Assembly: GCA_016213445.1 (NCBI GenBank)
Contig: JACRAJ010000001.1
Span: 78,203 to 142,202, forward strand
DNA from: Candidatus Azambacteria bacterium
GTDB taxonomy: Bacteria > Patescibacteriota > Minisyncoccia > UBA10092
Length of the DNA stretch: 64,000 nt
Reading direction: 5' to 3'
Below, piece after piece: positions 34,025 to 43,741 of the stretch (its first letter is position 1; every line of letters begins with the position of its first letter). A model generated the notes under the pieces. It saw nothing but the letters and a program-made list of their open reading frames with translations. It was not told the DNA's origin and made no database searches. A program made the position numbers and the translations under genes.

Positions 34025-34060
34025 AAAATAAATAAAAAATTAAAAAATCAAAATTAAAAA

Positions 34061-35275
34061 TTAAGGAATAAAATTTTTGAGCCAACCAAAGAAATTAGAA
34101 CTACTGGAATTATCAATGATATCACGGCTGAAATTTTCGTCAAATCCCCAAATTACAAGCCCCAAAGCCGTGGCAAAAACCGAATCGTTAAGTATTTCTT
34201 CCGGCCCCAAAATTTTCTGGGCTATGCCGCGGCTTACCGGCAAACTTAAGTCTCTCTTCGCCAATTTATCCAAACGCGGAATCTTGCTGCCGCCGCCGGT
34301 TAAAACGGCGCCGCCGGGAAGCATTGAAGCTCGACCCACTTTTTTCAGTTCTTTCTGCGCCATTTCAAAAATTTCCGAAAAACGCGCCTCGCAAATATTC
34401 GCGATTTCACGCCTTTGAATAGAAGACTCTCCTCCCAATTTTTTCAAATCAACCACGTCCCGGGAGCTTGTGCTTTCGGTTAAAGCCGATCCATGGACTC
34501 TTTTAATCTTTTCGGCCGAATCAACGTCAACTTGAAGGCCGTAAACTAAATCATGAGTGGCATGAGAAGAACCGGCTCCCAAAACCGCCGCGTGAAAAAT
34601 ATCGCCCTCTTCAAAAACAATGAGTCCGGTGGTGCTGCCGCCGACATCCAAAACCAAAGTGCCCAGTTCTTTTTGGCGCGGACTTAACACGGCGTAGCTG
34701 GCGGCCAAAGGCGCTAAAACCAATTCCTTGATTTTAATGCCGGCCAAATTTACGGCTTTGCGAAGGTTTTTTAAAGCGGAGGCGCCGCATTCTATCATTA
34801 AAGTGTCAACTTCCAATTTTACGCCGGTCATTCCCAGCGGATCTTTAATGCCGCCTTCATTATCAACCGTCCACTCCCGAGCCAGATTATGTAAAATTTC
34901 CCGATTGGGGCTGGCGGGGATGCTTTCAGCTTGAAGAAGCGCCCTTTGGATGTCTTCCTTTGAAATTTCCCGATCGGCGCGGGAAACAATCACCACGCCT
35001 TTCGACGGCCTCACAAAAACATTATTGCCGCCAATGGCGACCACCGCTTCATTGCATTTTACGCCGGCGTGGCTGACAGCTTTTTGAAAAGCTTCGCGAA
35101 TGGCGGAAGCCGCTTCTTCAATATCAACCACCACGCCCTTTCGCAAGCCTCGCGAATTCGCTTCGCCCCAGCCGATAACTTCGGGCATTTCTTGGTTTTT
35201 TTTCTTTGAAGCGACCACCACCTGAACGGAAGTGGTGCCCGCATCCAAGCCGATTATGATATCTTCCCGCGACAT
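34061..35275 (-). CDS. ftsA: cell division protein FtsA
   Basis: Actin-fold motifs LDAGTTSV and LDVGGSTTG, located upstream of ftsZ. Confidence 0.9.
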   Translation of the reverse strand: MSREDIIIGLDAGTTSVQVVVASKKKNQEMPEVIGWGEANSRGLRKGVVVDIEEAASAIREAFQKAVSHAGVKCNEAVVAIGGNNVFVRPSKGVVIVSRADREISKEDIQRALLQAESIPASPNREILHNLAREWTVDNEGGIKDPLGMTGVKLEVDTLMIECGASALKNLRKAVNLAGIKIKELVLAPLAASYAVLSPRQKELGTLVLDVGGSTTGLIVFEEGDIFHAAVLGAGSSHATHDLVYGLQVDVDSAEKIKRVHGSALTESTSSRDVVDLKKLGGESSIQRREIANICEARFSEIFEMAQKELKKVGRASMLPGGAVLTGGGSKIPRLDKLAKRDLSLPVSRGIAQKILGPEEILNDSVFATALGLVIWGFDENFSRDIIDNSSSSNFFGWLKNFIP

Positions 35276-35286
35276 GTTTCAAAATT

Positions 35287-35316
35287 TCAGCCAGAGGCTG
35301 ATCCGCCTTTGGCGGA
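35287..35316. repeat. double-hairpin palindrome copy, intergenic (ftsA 5' region)
   Basis: tcagccagaggctgatccgcctttggcgga. The right half is exact and the left half 12/15. Confidence 0.75.
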
Positions 35317-35347
35317 AAAATTAAATTATAAATCTCAAAATTAAATA

Positions 35348-35779
35348 CTAAATATTTAAATGTTTAAGCAGTTTTGCCTCCAATCGTTCCATTTGTTTCG
35401 CTTCTTTTAGAGATTTTTCATGGCCGTATCCCGCCAGATGCAATAAACTATGGATCAAAATTTCCGATAAATATTTTTTTTCGGAAATCTTTTCAACATT
35501 AACCACTATTTCGCCTAAGTTTAACACGCCGCGCGAATTATTTGCAAATGCCGGAGTTTGGCGGCTGTTTAAGCCAAAAGAAAGCTCATCGGGCGTTTCA
35601 TTTTTTTTTCGCCAAACTTTATTCAACCTTTTAATTTCTTTTTTATCCACAATTAAAACAGCCAGTGCAACCGGCTGTTTTAATTCCAAAAAATCCAAAA
35701 CTTTCAAAATCAAATCTTTAATAAATTTTTTCGGGGCTTTGTGTCGGGTTTTGTTATAAATTAAAATTTCATGATTCAT
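35348..35779 (-). CDS. ybeY: rRNA maturation endoribonuclease YbeY
   Basis: HSLLHLAGYGHE zinc motif. Confidence 0.85.
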   Translation of the reverse strand: MNHEILIYNKTRHKAPKKFIKDLILKVLDFLELKQPVALAVLIVDKKEIKRLNKVWRKKNETPDELSFGLNSRQTPAFANNSRGVLNLGEIVVNVEKISEKKYLSEILIHSLLHLAGYGHEKSLKEAKQMERLEAKLLKHLNI

Positions 35780-35794
35780 ATTTCTCAATTTGCG

Positions 35795-36298
35795 TCATTG
35801 CCGCAATCCGCCCAATTCCTCTTCAATTAATTTTTTCACCACCGTTCCATCGGCGCGGCCTTTGACTTCAACCATTATTCCTCCCATTATTTTTCCAAAA
35901 TCTTTCATCGACACTTCGCCCATTTCAGCCAATTTTTTCTTCACTACGGCGCGCAACTCATCCTCGCCCATTTCTTCCGGAACGTATTTTTTGAGAATCT
36001 CAAGTTCAACCGCCTCTTTTTCCGCCAAATCTGCCCGCCCGCCTTTTTCAAATTGAGCGATTGAATCTTTTATTTTTTTAATTTCGCCGGAAATCGCGCC
36101 CACAACCTCTTCGTCGGAAAGCTCCGACGCTTTATCAAGCTCGGCCGCGGGGTGACCTTCTTTTGAAAGACGGTTCCTTTTTTCCAGCTCTTTGTTTTTT
36201 ATAACGCTGTTTAAAAAGCGCAAAGTAGAAGCTTCGGCGCTCAAGCCGCCTTTCATCGCCGATTTAATGTCTTCGTTTATTTTATCTTTTAAATTCAC
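35795..36298 (-). CDS. GatB/YqeY domain protein
   Basis: LKDKINEDIKSAMKGG...TLRFLNSVIKNKE is a typical YqeY N-terminus. Confidence 0.75.
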   Translation of the reverse strand: MNLKDKINEDIKSAMKGGLSAEASTLRFLNSVIKNKELEKRNRLSKEGHPAAELDKASELSDEEVVGAISGEIKKIKDSIAQFEKGGRADLAEKEAVELEILKKYVPEEMGEDELRAVVKKKLAEMGEVSMKDFGKIMGGIMVEVKGRADGTVVKKLIEEELGGLRQ

Positions 36299-36515
36299 GG
36301 TCTAATTTTCCCAGCTTGTATAATTTTTCCCTTTCTTTTTGAATTTCAATTTTCCTCAAAGCGCTGATTCTTTTTTGCCGCTTGGTTAAAGGCGAAGCGT
36401 AAAACCGGCTGCGGCGCACTTTAAGCAGAACGCCGCTTTGCTGAATGCGCCTTGAAAAACGCCTTAAAAGGCTCTGGACCGATTCTTTTTCTTTTTTTCT
36501 AACTTCGATAGCCAT
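36282..36515 (-). CDS. rpsU: 30S ribosomal protein S21
   Basis: ESVQSLLRRFSRRIQQSGVLLKVRRSRFYASP matches the S21 signature. Confidence 0.85.
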   Translation of the reverse strand: MAIEVRKKEKESVQSLLRRFSRRIQQSGVLLKVRRSRFYASPLTKRQKRISALRKIEIQKEREKLYKLGKLDREFKR

Positions 36516-36538
36516 GTTTTAATCTTTATTAAAAATTA

Positions 36539-36898
36539 TTAAGACTCGAATTTTAACGGTTTGCCGGCCAAAAGGTGAAGATGCAAATGGTCGACTTCCA
36601 TTCCCGCGTCTTTGCCGACATTGAATATCAACCGATAGCCGCTTCCCGAAACGCCGATTTTTTCCGCAACCTCTTTCGCTTTTAAAACCAAACCGCCGGC
36701 AATATCCTTATCTTCCGCTTTTAAAGTATTCACCGGCCCGATATGCGCTTTGGGAATAATTAAAAAATGAATCGGCGCTTTTGGATTGATATCTTTAAAA
36801 ACAACAAAATTTTCGTCTTCGGAAACGATCTCCGAAGAAATTTCCTTATTGGCAATTTTGCAGAATATGCAACTTTCCACGATAATGCTTTTTAACAA
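36539..36898 (-). CDS. HIT family hydrolase
   Basis: Histidine triad DHLHLHLL. Confidence 0.85.
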   Translation of the reverse strand: MLKSIIVESCIFCKIANKEISSEIVSEDENFVVFKDINPKAPIHFLIIPKAHIGPVNTLKAEDKDIAGGLVLKAKEVAEKIGVSGSGYRLIFNVGKDAGMEVDHLHLHLLAGKPLKFES

Positions 36899-36913
36899 AA
36901 ACCCCGCCTCGCG

Positions 36914-38275
36914 TCAAGATTTCAAATTATTTTCCGGCGGATATTTTAAATCATTGTTTTCAGCCGCGGGAACGCGCGAAGGGAGTTTTTTGAGGCGTTT
37001 TTTCACTTCGTCGATAATTTTTTCCGAAGGAATTATCTCCTGGGTTCCGGAATACATCTCGCGCAAGATTACCGTGCCGTCAAGCGCTTCTTTCTGGCCG
37101 ATAATCAAAGCCAAATCGGCGCCTTGCCGATCGGCGACTCTCAATTGCGCTTTGATGGAATCGCGACCGAAAGATTCCGAAATATGAATGTTGTTTTTCC
37201 TGAAATCCTCAAACAGCCGCAAACTTTTTTTCTTCGCCAAATCGCCGAGCTGAACCAAAAAAACCCGTGCCTTGGTTTTAATGGCGCCAATTTTCACGTT
37301 TTGGCGGCGCATTTCGTTAATCGCCCTCTCAATGCCGATTGATCCGCCCATCGCCGGAGCCGGCTTGCCTCCAAGCTGGGAAATCAAGTAATCATAACGG
37401 CCGCCGGAAGCTATCGCGATTTGAGAACCGGTCGCCTCTTCAGGCACGATTTCAAAAACCGTCCGAGTGTAATAATCGAGGCCGCGAACGAGATACGAAT
37501 CCAAAACGTAAGGAACTCCCAATTCGTCCAAAAATTCCAAAACCGATTTGAAATGATCGCGGCAATCCTTGTCCAGATAATCAATGGAACTCGGCGCCGA
37601 TTCTTTCAAGGCGGCGCACTCTTCCTCTTTGCAATCAAGCATCCTTAACGGATTTTCCTTGAATCTCCTCTTGCAATTTTTGCAAAGGCGGTTGATTTTA
37701 TTCCGATAGTACATTTTAAGCTCGTCTCGGTATTTTCCCCGGCAATTCTTGTCGCCAACGCTGTTTATATGAATAGAAAGGCCCTTTAATCCCAGCTCGT
37801 TTAAAATGACGTAAACCACTTGGATAATCTGGGCGTCGATAATCGGATCGCCTTCTCCGATAACGTCGAAATCCGCCTGGTGGAATTCGCGATAACGGCC
37901 GGCTTGAGCCGACTCGTGCCTGAACACCGGACCCCAGTGGAAAAATTTCACCGGCTGGGGCTGATTGGCAAAACCATTTTCAATATACGCTCTCACCGCC
38001 GACGCCGTGAGTTCCGGCCTTAGCGCCAAAAAATCTCCGCCCTTTGTTTTAAGCGTGTACATTTCGTGTTCAATAACATCGGTTTCAAGCCCGATCCCCT
38101 TCTTGAACAAATCGGCGAATTCCAAAACCGGCGTTTCAATCGTTTTGAAATTATAATAATCCGCCAGCTCTTGAGCAACTTTAAAAAACTTTTCCCAATA
38201 TTTCTGACTCTCGGGCAAAACATCGTTCATGCCCTTCGGCGCCTGAAATGTTTTGGATTTTGGTTTTCGCGACAT
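36914..38275 (-). CDS. hisS: histidine--tRNA ligase
   Basis: Class II motifs (FRHESAQAGRYREFHQ, GGRYD) and a C-terminal anticodon-binding domain. Confidence 0.9.
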   Translation of the reverse strand: MSRKPKSKTFQAPKGMNDVLPESQKYWEKFFKVAQELADYYNFKTIETPVLEFADLFKKGIGLETDVIEHEMYTLKTKGGDFLALRPELTASAVRAYIENGFANQPQPVKFFHWGPVFRHESAQAGRYREFHQADFDVIGEGDPIIDAQIIQVVYVILNELGLKGLSIHINSVGDKNCRGKYRDELKMYYRNKINRLCKNCKRRFKENPLRMLDCKEEECAALKESAPSSIDYLDKDCRDHFKSVLEFLDELGVPYVLDSYLVRGLDYYTRTVFEIVPEEATGSQIAIASGGRYDYLISQLGGKPAPAMGGSIGIERAINEMRRQNVKIGAIKTKARVFLVQLGDLAKKKSLRLFEDFRKNNIHISESFGRDSIKAQLRVADRQGADLALIIGQKEALDGTVILREMYSGTQEIIPSEKIIDEVKKRLKKLPSRVPAAENNDLKYPPENNLKS

Positions 38276-38298
38276 ATTTTTAAATCAAATTAAATTAA

Positions 38299-38847
38299 TC
38301 AATAAGAAAAAACCGCCGCCTTGGCAATCGGCCAAGCCCTAAGCCAAACCCGGCCGACAATATCGTTTTTCGGCAAAATTCCCCAGCGCCGCGAATCGTA
38401 TGAAACGGGCCTGTTGTCGCCCATGACGAAATATTCGTCCTTGCCCAATTTTTGCTTTATTTGCCCGTCGGTGGCCAAATTTTTAGGCAAATAATTTTCA
38501 TCAAGAACCAGGCCGTCGGGATTTTTATCGTTGTAAACGATAACTTTATTTTTTTTGATTTCCACGGTTTCGCCCGGCAAACCGATTACTCTTTTTATGT
38601 AATACTTAGAAGTGTCCAAAGGATAATGGAAAACGACAACCTCGCCCCGCGCGACGGGCTTGAAATAATAACTCACTTCGTCAATCAAAAGATACTCGCC
38701 GCTTTCAAAATTGGGTTCCATCGACGCGCCTTCAACAAAAAACGGCTGAACCAAAAAATAACGAACCAGCCCCGCAAGAACCAGGGCCAGCGCCGCCACC
38801 TTTATAATATCCCAAAAAGATTTGAAAAATGACTTTAAAAAATTCAT
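38299..38847 (-). CDS. lepB: signal peptidase I
   Basis: GASMEPN (catalytic Ser), KRVIGLPGE and GDNRPVSYDSR. Confidence 0.9.
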   Translation of the reverse strand: MNFLKSFFKSFWDIIKVAALALVLAGLVRYFLVQPFFVEGASMEPNFESGEYLLIDEVSYYFKPVARGEVVVFHYPLDTSKYYIKRVIGLPGETVEIKKNKVIVYNDKNPDGLVLDENYLPKNLATDGQIKQKLGKDEYFVMGDNRPVSYDSRRWGILPKNDIVGRVWLRAWPIAKAAVFSY

Positions 38848-38872
38848 GTTTTGTGCTATTTTACATTAAAAA

Positions 38873-39439
38873 ATGGATAAAATCAACCCCAAATTAATCG
38901 CCGGATTGGGCAATCCGGGAAAAGAATATGAAAACACCCGCCACAATGTCGGTTTTTTGTTTGTTGACGCGCTTGCCGAGAAATTAAACGCGCCTGAATT
39001 TACTTATGATAAAAAACTTAAATCGGAAATTTCCAAATCGGAAATTTTACTTGCCAAGCCACAAACCTTTATGAACAAATCGGGCGAGGCGGTTTCGGCT
39101 CTAATAAAGTACTACCACCCTACGGGTGACCACCCGAAGGGTGGTAAAATCAAGCCGGAAAACATTTTAATCGTCCACGACGACATCGACATTTTATGGG
39201 GCGATTTCAAATTTTCTTTCGGCCGCTCGTCCGCCGGTCACAAAGGAGTTGAATCGATAATTAAAGCGCTGAAAACTAAAAATTTTTGGCGGCTGAGAAT
39301 CGGCATTAAACCCGACGCCAAAAAACATATTTCGGCCGACAAAATAATCCTAAAAAAATTCACTTCAGCGGAAATGAAGACCTTGGATAAAACTATAAAA
39401 ATCGCGATTGCCGAATTGTTCGGTGAAAAAATTTCGTAA
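38873..39439 (+). CDS. pth: peptidyl-tRNA hydrolase (carries a 10-aa insert)
   Basis: LIAGLGNPGKEYENTRHNVGF and IVHDDIDI motifs. Confidence 0.9.
   Translation: MDKINPKLIAGLGNPGKEYENTRHNVGFLFVDALAEKLNAPEFTYDKKLKSEISKSEILLAKPQTFMNKSGEAVSALIKYYHPTGDHPKGGKIKPENILIVHDDIDILWGDFKFSFGRSSAGHKGVESIIKALKTKNFWRLRIGIKPDAKKHISADKIILKKFTSAEMKTLDKTIKIAIAELFGEKIS
39116..39145. repeat. 30-nt in-frame double-hairpin insert (caccc-tac-gggtg ac caccc-gaa-gggtg gt)
   Basis: Encodes HPTGDHPKGG between the conserved KYY and KIKPENILIVHDD segments of Pth. Confidence 0.7.
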
Positions 39440-39499
39440 ATTCGCGCCGCAATATTTGATGTAAAAATCAATGTTTGTTATAGTTTAGCCGCCATATAT

Positions 39500-40390
39500 A
39501 TGAACGGCGCTGAAAATAAAATCGAGGTCGTAAAAAAAACTTCGCGGAGTTATCCGACGGTTTTAAAAGAAATTCACAATGCCCCGAAACAACTTTACGT
39601 CCGGGGCAAATTGCCGGAAGACCACAGTTTGAATTTTGCCATCGTCGGCACCAGAGCGGCTTCCGAATACGGCAAAACGCTGGCCTTTGAAATCGCCAAG
39701 GAGCTTGCGGAATTGGGTTTTAATATAGTAAGCGGATTGGCCCTGGGCATCGACACACAGGCTCATTTGGGCGCCTTGGCGGCAAAAGGCAAAACCACGG
39801 CCGTTTTGGGCTCGGCCATAGACGATAATTCGATTTATCCTTCCGCTAATCTAAAATTGGTTAAAAAGATCGAATCTTCCGGCGGCGCGGTTATAAGCGA
39901 ATACGCGCCCGGCGCCAAATCGGAAAGGTGGTATTTTCCCGAGCGCAACCGGATTATTTCCGGCCTTTCCCGAGGCGTTTTGGTTGTTGAAGCGCCGGAA
40001 AAATCCGGCGCCTTAATCACCGCCCGCGCCGCGCTGGATCAAAACCGCGAAGTTTTCGCCATTCCCGGATCTATTTTTTCCAAAAATTCTTTCGGCGCGA
40101 ATAATTTGATAAAAAACGGCGCGAAAATGGTAACCGGCGTCGACGACATTCTGGAAGAATTGAATCTTTCGCGCTTGAAAAGCAAAAAAGAATCCGATAA
40201 AAAAGAAAACCTGACAAAAGAAGAGGCGGCAATTTTAAACATTATCGAAAAAGAGCCTGTCCATATTGATGAAATTTGTAAAATATCAAAAATGCCCGCC
40301 AGTAAAGTTTTGCCGGCAATCTCCGTATTGGAAATAAACGGCATAATAAAAAACATCGGCGGCGGAAAATTCGTTAAAACAATAAAATGA
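39500..40390 (+). CDS. dprA: DNA processing protein DprA
   Basis: AIVGTRAASEYG...SGLALGIDTQAH Rossmann-like core with a C-terminal winged helix. Confidence 0.85.
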   Translation: MNGAENKIEVVKKTSRSYPTVLKEIHNAPKQLYVRGKLPEDHSLNFAIVGTRAASEYGKTLAFEIAKELAELGFNIVSGLALGIDTQAHLGALAAKGKTTAVLGSAIDDNSIYPSANLKLVKKIESSGGAVISEYAPGAKSERWYFPERNRIISGLSRGVLVVEAPEKSGALITARAALDQNREVFAIPGSIFSKNSFGANNLIKNGAKMVTGVDDILEELNLSRLKSKKESDKKENLTKEEAAILNIIEKEPVHIDEICKISKMPASKVLPAISVLEINGIIKNIGGGKFVKTIK

Positions 40391-42429
40391 AACTAATAAT
40401 CGTCGAATCACCAACAAAAGCCAAAACAATTTCAAAATTTTTGGGAAAAGAATTCGAGGTCGAATCGTCATACGGCCATGTTCGGGATTTGCCCGAAAAA
40501 ACGCTGGGAGTCGATATTGAACATAATTTCGAACCAAAATATGTAATTGTTCCCAAGGCGAAGAAAAGAGTGGCCGAGCTTAACGCGGCGGCGAAAAAAT
40601 CAACCGAAGTGATTCTGGCAACCGACGAAGACCGGGAAGGCGAAGCTATCGCCTGGCATCTCGTTCAAGCCTTGGGCTTGGAAAAGCCAAAATCAAAAAC
40701 GGAAAAACGGAAAATCGAGAGAATTGTTTTTCATGAAATAACCGAAAGCGCCATTAAAAAAGCGCTGGAAAATCCGCGGGGAATCGACGCAAAACTCGTC
40801 GGCGCCCAACAAGCGCGGCGAGTTTTGGATCGCTTGGTGGGCTACAAGCTTTCGCCGTTTCTGCGAAAAAAAGTCGCCAAAGGCTTGTCGGCCGGCCGCG
40901 TGCAATCCGTCGCCGTCCGCCTTGTCACCGACCGCGAAAAAGAAATTCAAAATTTCAATCCGGAAGAATACTGGACGATTACCGCAAATCTTGAAAAATT
41001 AAAGGTACCCGCCTCCGCCAAGGCTTCGGCGGGCGAGCAAAGCTCGAACTTTGAAGCCCAACTCGCAAAAATCGGCGAAAATAAACTCGAAAAGTTTTCC
41101 ATAAAAAACAAAGAAGAAGCGGATAAAATTTTTTCCGACTTGTCCGGCTCCGACTGGCGAGTTTTAAAAATAGAAAAGAAAGAAACCAAGCGCCAGCCGC
41201 TCGCGCCGTTCACCACCTCGACGCTCCAACAAACCGCCTGGGCTTGGCATGGCTTCGGCGCCAAGCAAACTATGGTTCTCGCCCAACAGCTTTATGAAAC
41301 CGGCTTAATCACCTACATGCGCACCGACTCGGTAAATCTTTCAAAAGACTCGATTGCGGCGGCTTATCAAAAAATAAAAAAAGATTTCGGCGAAAATTAT
41401 TTGCCCGCGGCTCCGAGAGTTTACAAAACAAAATCCAAAACGGCGCAGGAAGCCCATGAAGCCATCAGGCCGACATCGCCGGAAAAAAATCCTGAAACGC
41501 TCAAAGAAAAACTCGACCCCCGGCAACACAAGCTTTATGATTTGATTTGGAGAAGATTTATCGCCAGCCAAATGGCAAGCGCAGTTTTTGAAGCCACCGG
41601 CGTCGATGTTTTAGCCGAAAAATCCGGCGGCAACTATACTTTCAGAGCCACGGGCAATACGCTTAAATTCGACGGCTTTTTGAAAGTGTATTCCCAAAAA
41701 TTGACGGAAATTTTATTGCCGGCGTTAGAAGAAAAAGAACCTTTGAACTTGAAAAAATTGTTGCCGGCGCAACACTTTACCGAGCCGCCGCCGCGCTACA
41801 ACGAAGCCAGTTTGATTAAAGCGTTGGAAGAAAACGGCATCGGGCGGCCGTCGACATACGCTCCGACGCTGGCCACGATTCAGGCGCGCAATTATGTCAT
41901 TAAAGACGAACAGAAAAGGCTGAAGCCGACCGAAGTCGGAACATTGGTAAACGATATTTTGGTCGAACATTTTCCGGAAATCGTCGAACTGAAATTCACT
42001 GCCAGAATGGAAGAGAATCTCGATGAAATCGCCGAAGGAAAAAAAGAATGGCAACCGGTGGTAAAAGAATTCTGGGTGCCTTTTAAAGAAAATCTCGATA
42101 AAAAAACAATGGAAATTTCAAAAGAAAAAATCGCCGTCGAAAAAACCGAATTAAAATGCCCCGAATGCGGCAAAGATTTATTGATAAGAATGGGGCGTTT
42201 CGGAAAATTTTACGCCTGCTCCGGCTTTCCGGATTGCAGGTACACGGCTCCGCTAAAAAAATCTTCCGACGGCGAAACCGCGGAAAGAGAAGATTTCGGC
42301 CCGTGTCCGAAATGCGAAACCGGTAAAATTGTGAGAAAACGCACCAGAAAAGGCCGCTTCTTCTGGGGGTGTTCAACTTGGCCAAAATGCGATTATGCCA
42401 CTTGGGAAAATCCGAAAAAAGATGAATAG
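40387..42429 (+). CDS. topA: DNA topoisomerase I
   Basis: TOPRIM MKLIIVESPTKAKTI, ATDEDREGEAI, catalytic region ITYMRTDS, and C-terminal zinc ribbons CPECG...C..C. Confidence 0.95.
   Translation: MKLIIVESPTKAKTISKFLGKEFEVESSYGHVRDLPEKTLGVDIEHNFEPKYVIVPKAKKRVAELNAAAKKSTEVILATDEDREGEAIAWHLVQALGLEKPKSKTEKRKIERIVFHEITESAIKKALENPRGIDAKLVGAQQARRVLDRLVGYKLSPFLRKKVAKGLSAGRVQSVAVRLVTDREKEIQNFNPEEYWTITANLEKLKVPASAKASAGEQSSNFEAQLAKIGENKLEKFSIKNKEEADKIFSDLSGSDWRVLKIEKKETKRQPLAPFTTSTLQQTAWAWHGFGAKQTMVLAQQLYETGLITYMRTDSVNLSKDSIAAAYQKIKKDFGENYLPAAPRVYKTKSKTAQEAHEAIRPTSPEKNPETLKEKLDPRQHKLYDLIWRRFIASQMASAVFEATGVDVLAEKSGGNYTFRATGNTLKFDGFLKVYSQKLTEILLPALEEKEPLNLKKLLPAQHFTEPPPRYNEASLIKALEENGIGRPSTYAPTLATIQARNYVIKDEQKRLKPTEVGTLVNDILVEHFPEIVELKFTARMEENLDEIAEGKKEWQPVVKEFWVPFKENLDKKTMEISKEKIAVEKTELKCPECGKDLLIRMGRFGKFYACSGFPDCRYTAPLKKSSDGETAEREDFGPCPKCETGKIVRKRTRKGRFFWGCSTWPKCDYATWENPKKDE
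41008..41033. repeat. GC-rich hairpin insert (subfamily B) in frame in topA
   Basis: cccgcctccgccaaggcttcggcggg encodes PASAKASAG. It is the counterpart of the pilin-leader copy. Confidence 0.6.
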
Positions 42430-43741
42430 CGCCGCTTTAATTTTAAAGGAAATGGGGTTGGACGCGGAAACGATTGCCGCCTGCTTGCTGTATGGCGAAA
42501 TTAAAAATGCGCCGCGCGATTTAAGCGGCTTAGAACAAAAACACGGAAAAAATATTTTATTTCTTGTCGAGAACGCGCTTAAACTTGATGAAATAAAATA
42601 CAGCGGAACGAAAGAACGGGCGGAAAATTTGATAAAAATGTTTTTGGTAATGGCTCAAGACATCCGGGTGGTTTTGATAAAACTGGCCGACCGATATCGC
42701 GAAATGCATATCCTCGACAAATTGCCGGAAGAAAACCGAAAAAGAATCGCCCTTGAAACTTTGGATATCTACGCGCCAATCGCCAATCGCTTCGGCATTG
42801 GCGAGTTAAAAGGCCGATTGGAAGACGAAGCTTTTAAGCATCTTTATCCCAAAGAGCACAAATGGCTGGAAAAAGAAGTATCGGTAAAATATGAAGCGCG
42901 TAAAAATTACGTTAAAAAAATCGAGCCTATTATCCGCGATATTTTAAAAAAAGAAAATATCATTCCCTTGGAAATCAACGCGCGAACCAAACATTTCTAC
43001 AGCCTGTATAAAAAACTGGAACGCCATCAGATGGATTTGGAAAAAATCCACGATTTGGTCGCCGCCCGAGTTATCGTAAAGAACATCAACGACTGCTATT
43101 TGGCTCTCGGCGCAATCAACCAAGCCTACAAACCTCTCCCGGAATTTATTAACGACTACATTGCCATGCCCAAACCAAACGGCTATCAAAGTTTGCACAC
43201 CACGGTTTTCGGGCCGGATGAAAAAATAATCGAAATTCAAATCCGAACGCGCCAAATGCACAATCGGGCCGAAAACGGCATCGCCGCCCATTGGGCGTAT
43301 AAAGAACGGGAAAATAAAAATTCCCGCGCCGAAGCGAATACTCGAAACACAATTTGGATCGAGCAATTGCGGGAGTGGCAAAAAATAATTCCGGGTTCCG
43401 ATGAATTTTTCGAATCTTTCAAAATTGATATTTTCAAAGACCGGGTTTTCGTTTTAACCCCGAAAGGGGATGTAATCGACCTGCCCGAAGGCGCCACGCC
43501 TGTTGATTTTGCCTATCAAATCCACACCGACATCGGCAATAGGTGCGCCGGCGTTAAAATAAACGGTAAAATCGCCACTCTCGACGCCGAACTGAAATCC
43601 GGCGACTTGGTTGAAATTTTAACCCAGAAAAATAAAAAACCGTCGGCCGACTGGCTGAATTTCGTAAAAACCGACATAGCCAAAGACCGTATTAAAAGCG
43701 CCGCAAAAGAGAAAAACAAAAAATTGATTTTCAGGACTTGA
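42422..43741 (+). CDS. RelA/SpoT homolog ((p)ppGpp synthetase with TGS domain; HD domain N-terminally short)
   Basis: Synthetase motifs (YQSLHTTV, EIQIRT) and TGS (VFVLTPKGDVIDLPEGATPVDFAY). The N-terminus begins inside the HD region. Confidence 0.8.
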   Translation: MNSAALILKEMGLDAETIAACLLYGEIKNAPRDLSGLEQKHGKNILFLVENALKLDEIKYSGTKERAENLIKMFLVMAQDIRVVLIKLADRYREMHILDKLPEENRKRIALETLDIYAPIANRFGIGELKGRLEDEAFKHLYPKEHKWLEKEVSVKYEARKNYVKKIEPIIRDILKKENIIPLEINARTKHFYSLYKKLERHQMDLEKIHDLVAARVIVKNINDCYLALGAINQAYKPLPEFINDYIAMPKPNGYQSLHTTVFGPDEKIIEIQIRTRQMHNRAENGIAAHWAYKERENKNSRAEANTRNTIWIEQLREWQKIIPGSDEFFESFKIDIFKDRVFVLTPKGDVIDLPEGATPVDFAYQIHTDIGNRCAGVKINGKIATLDAELKSGDLVEILTQKNKKPSADWLNFVKTDIAKDRIKSAAKEKNKKLIFRT

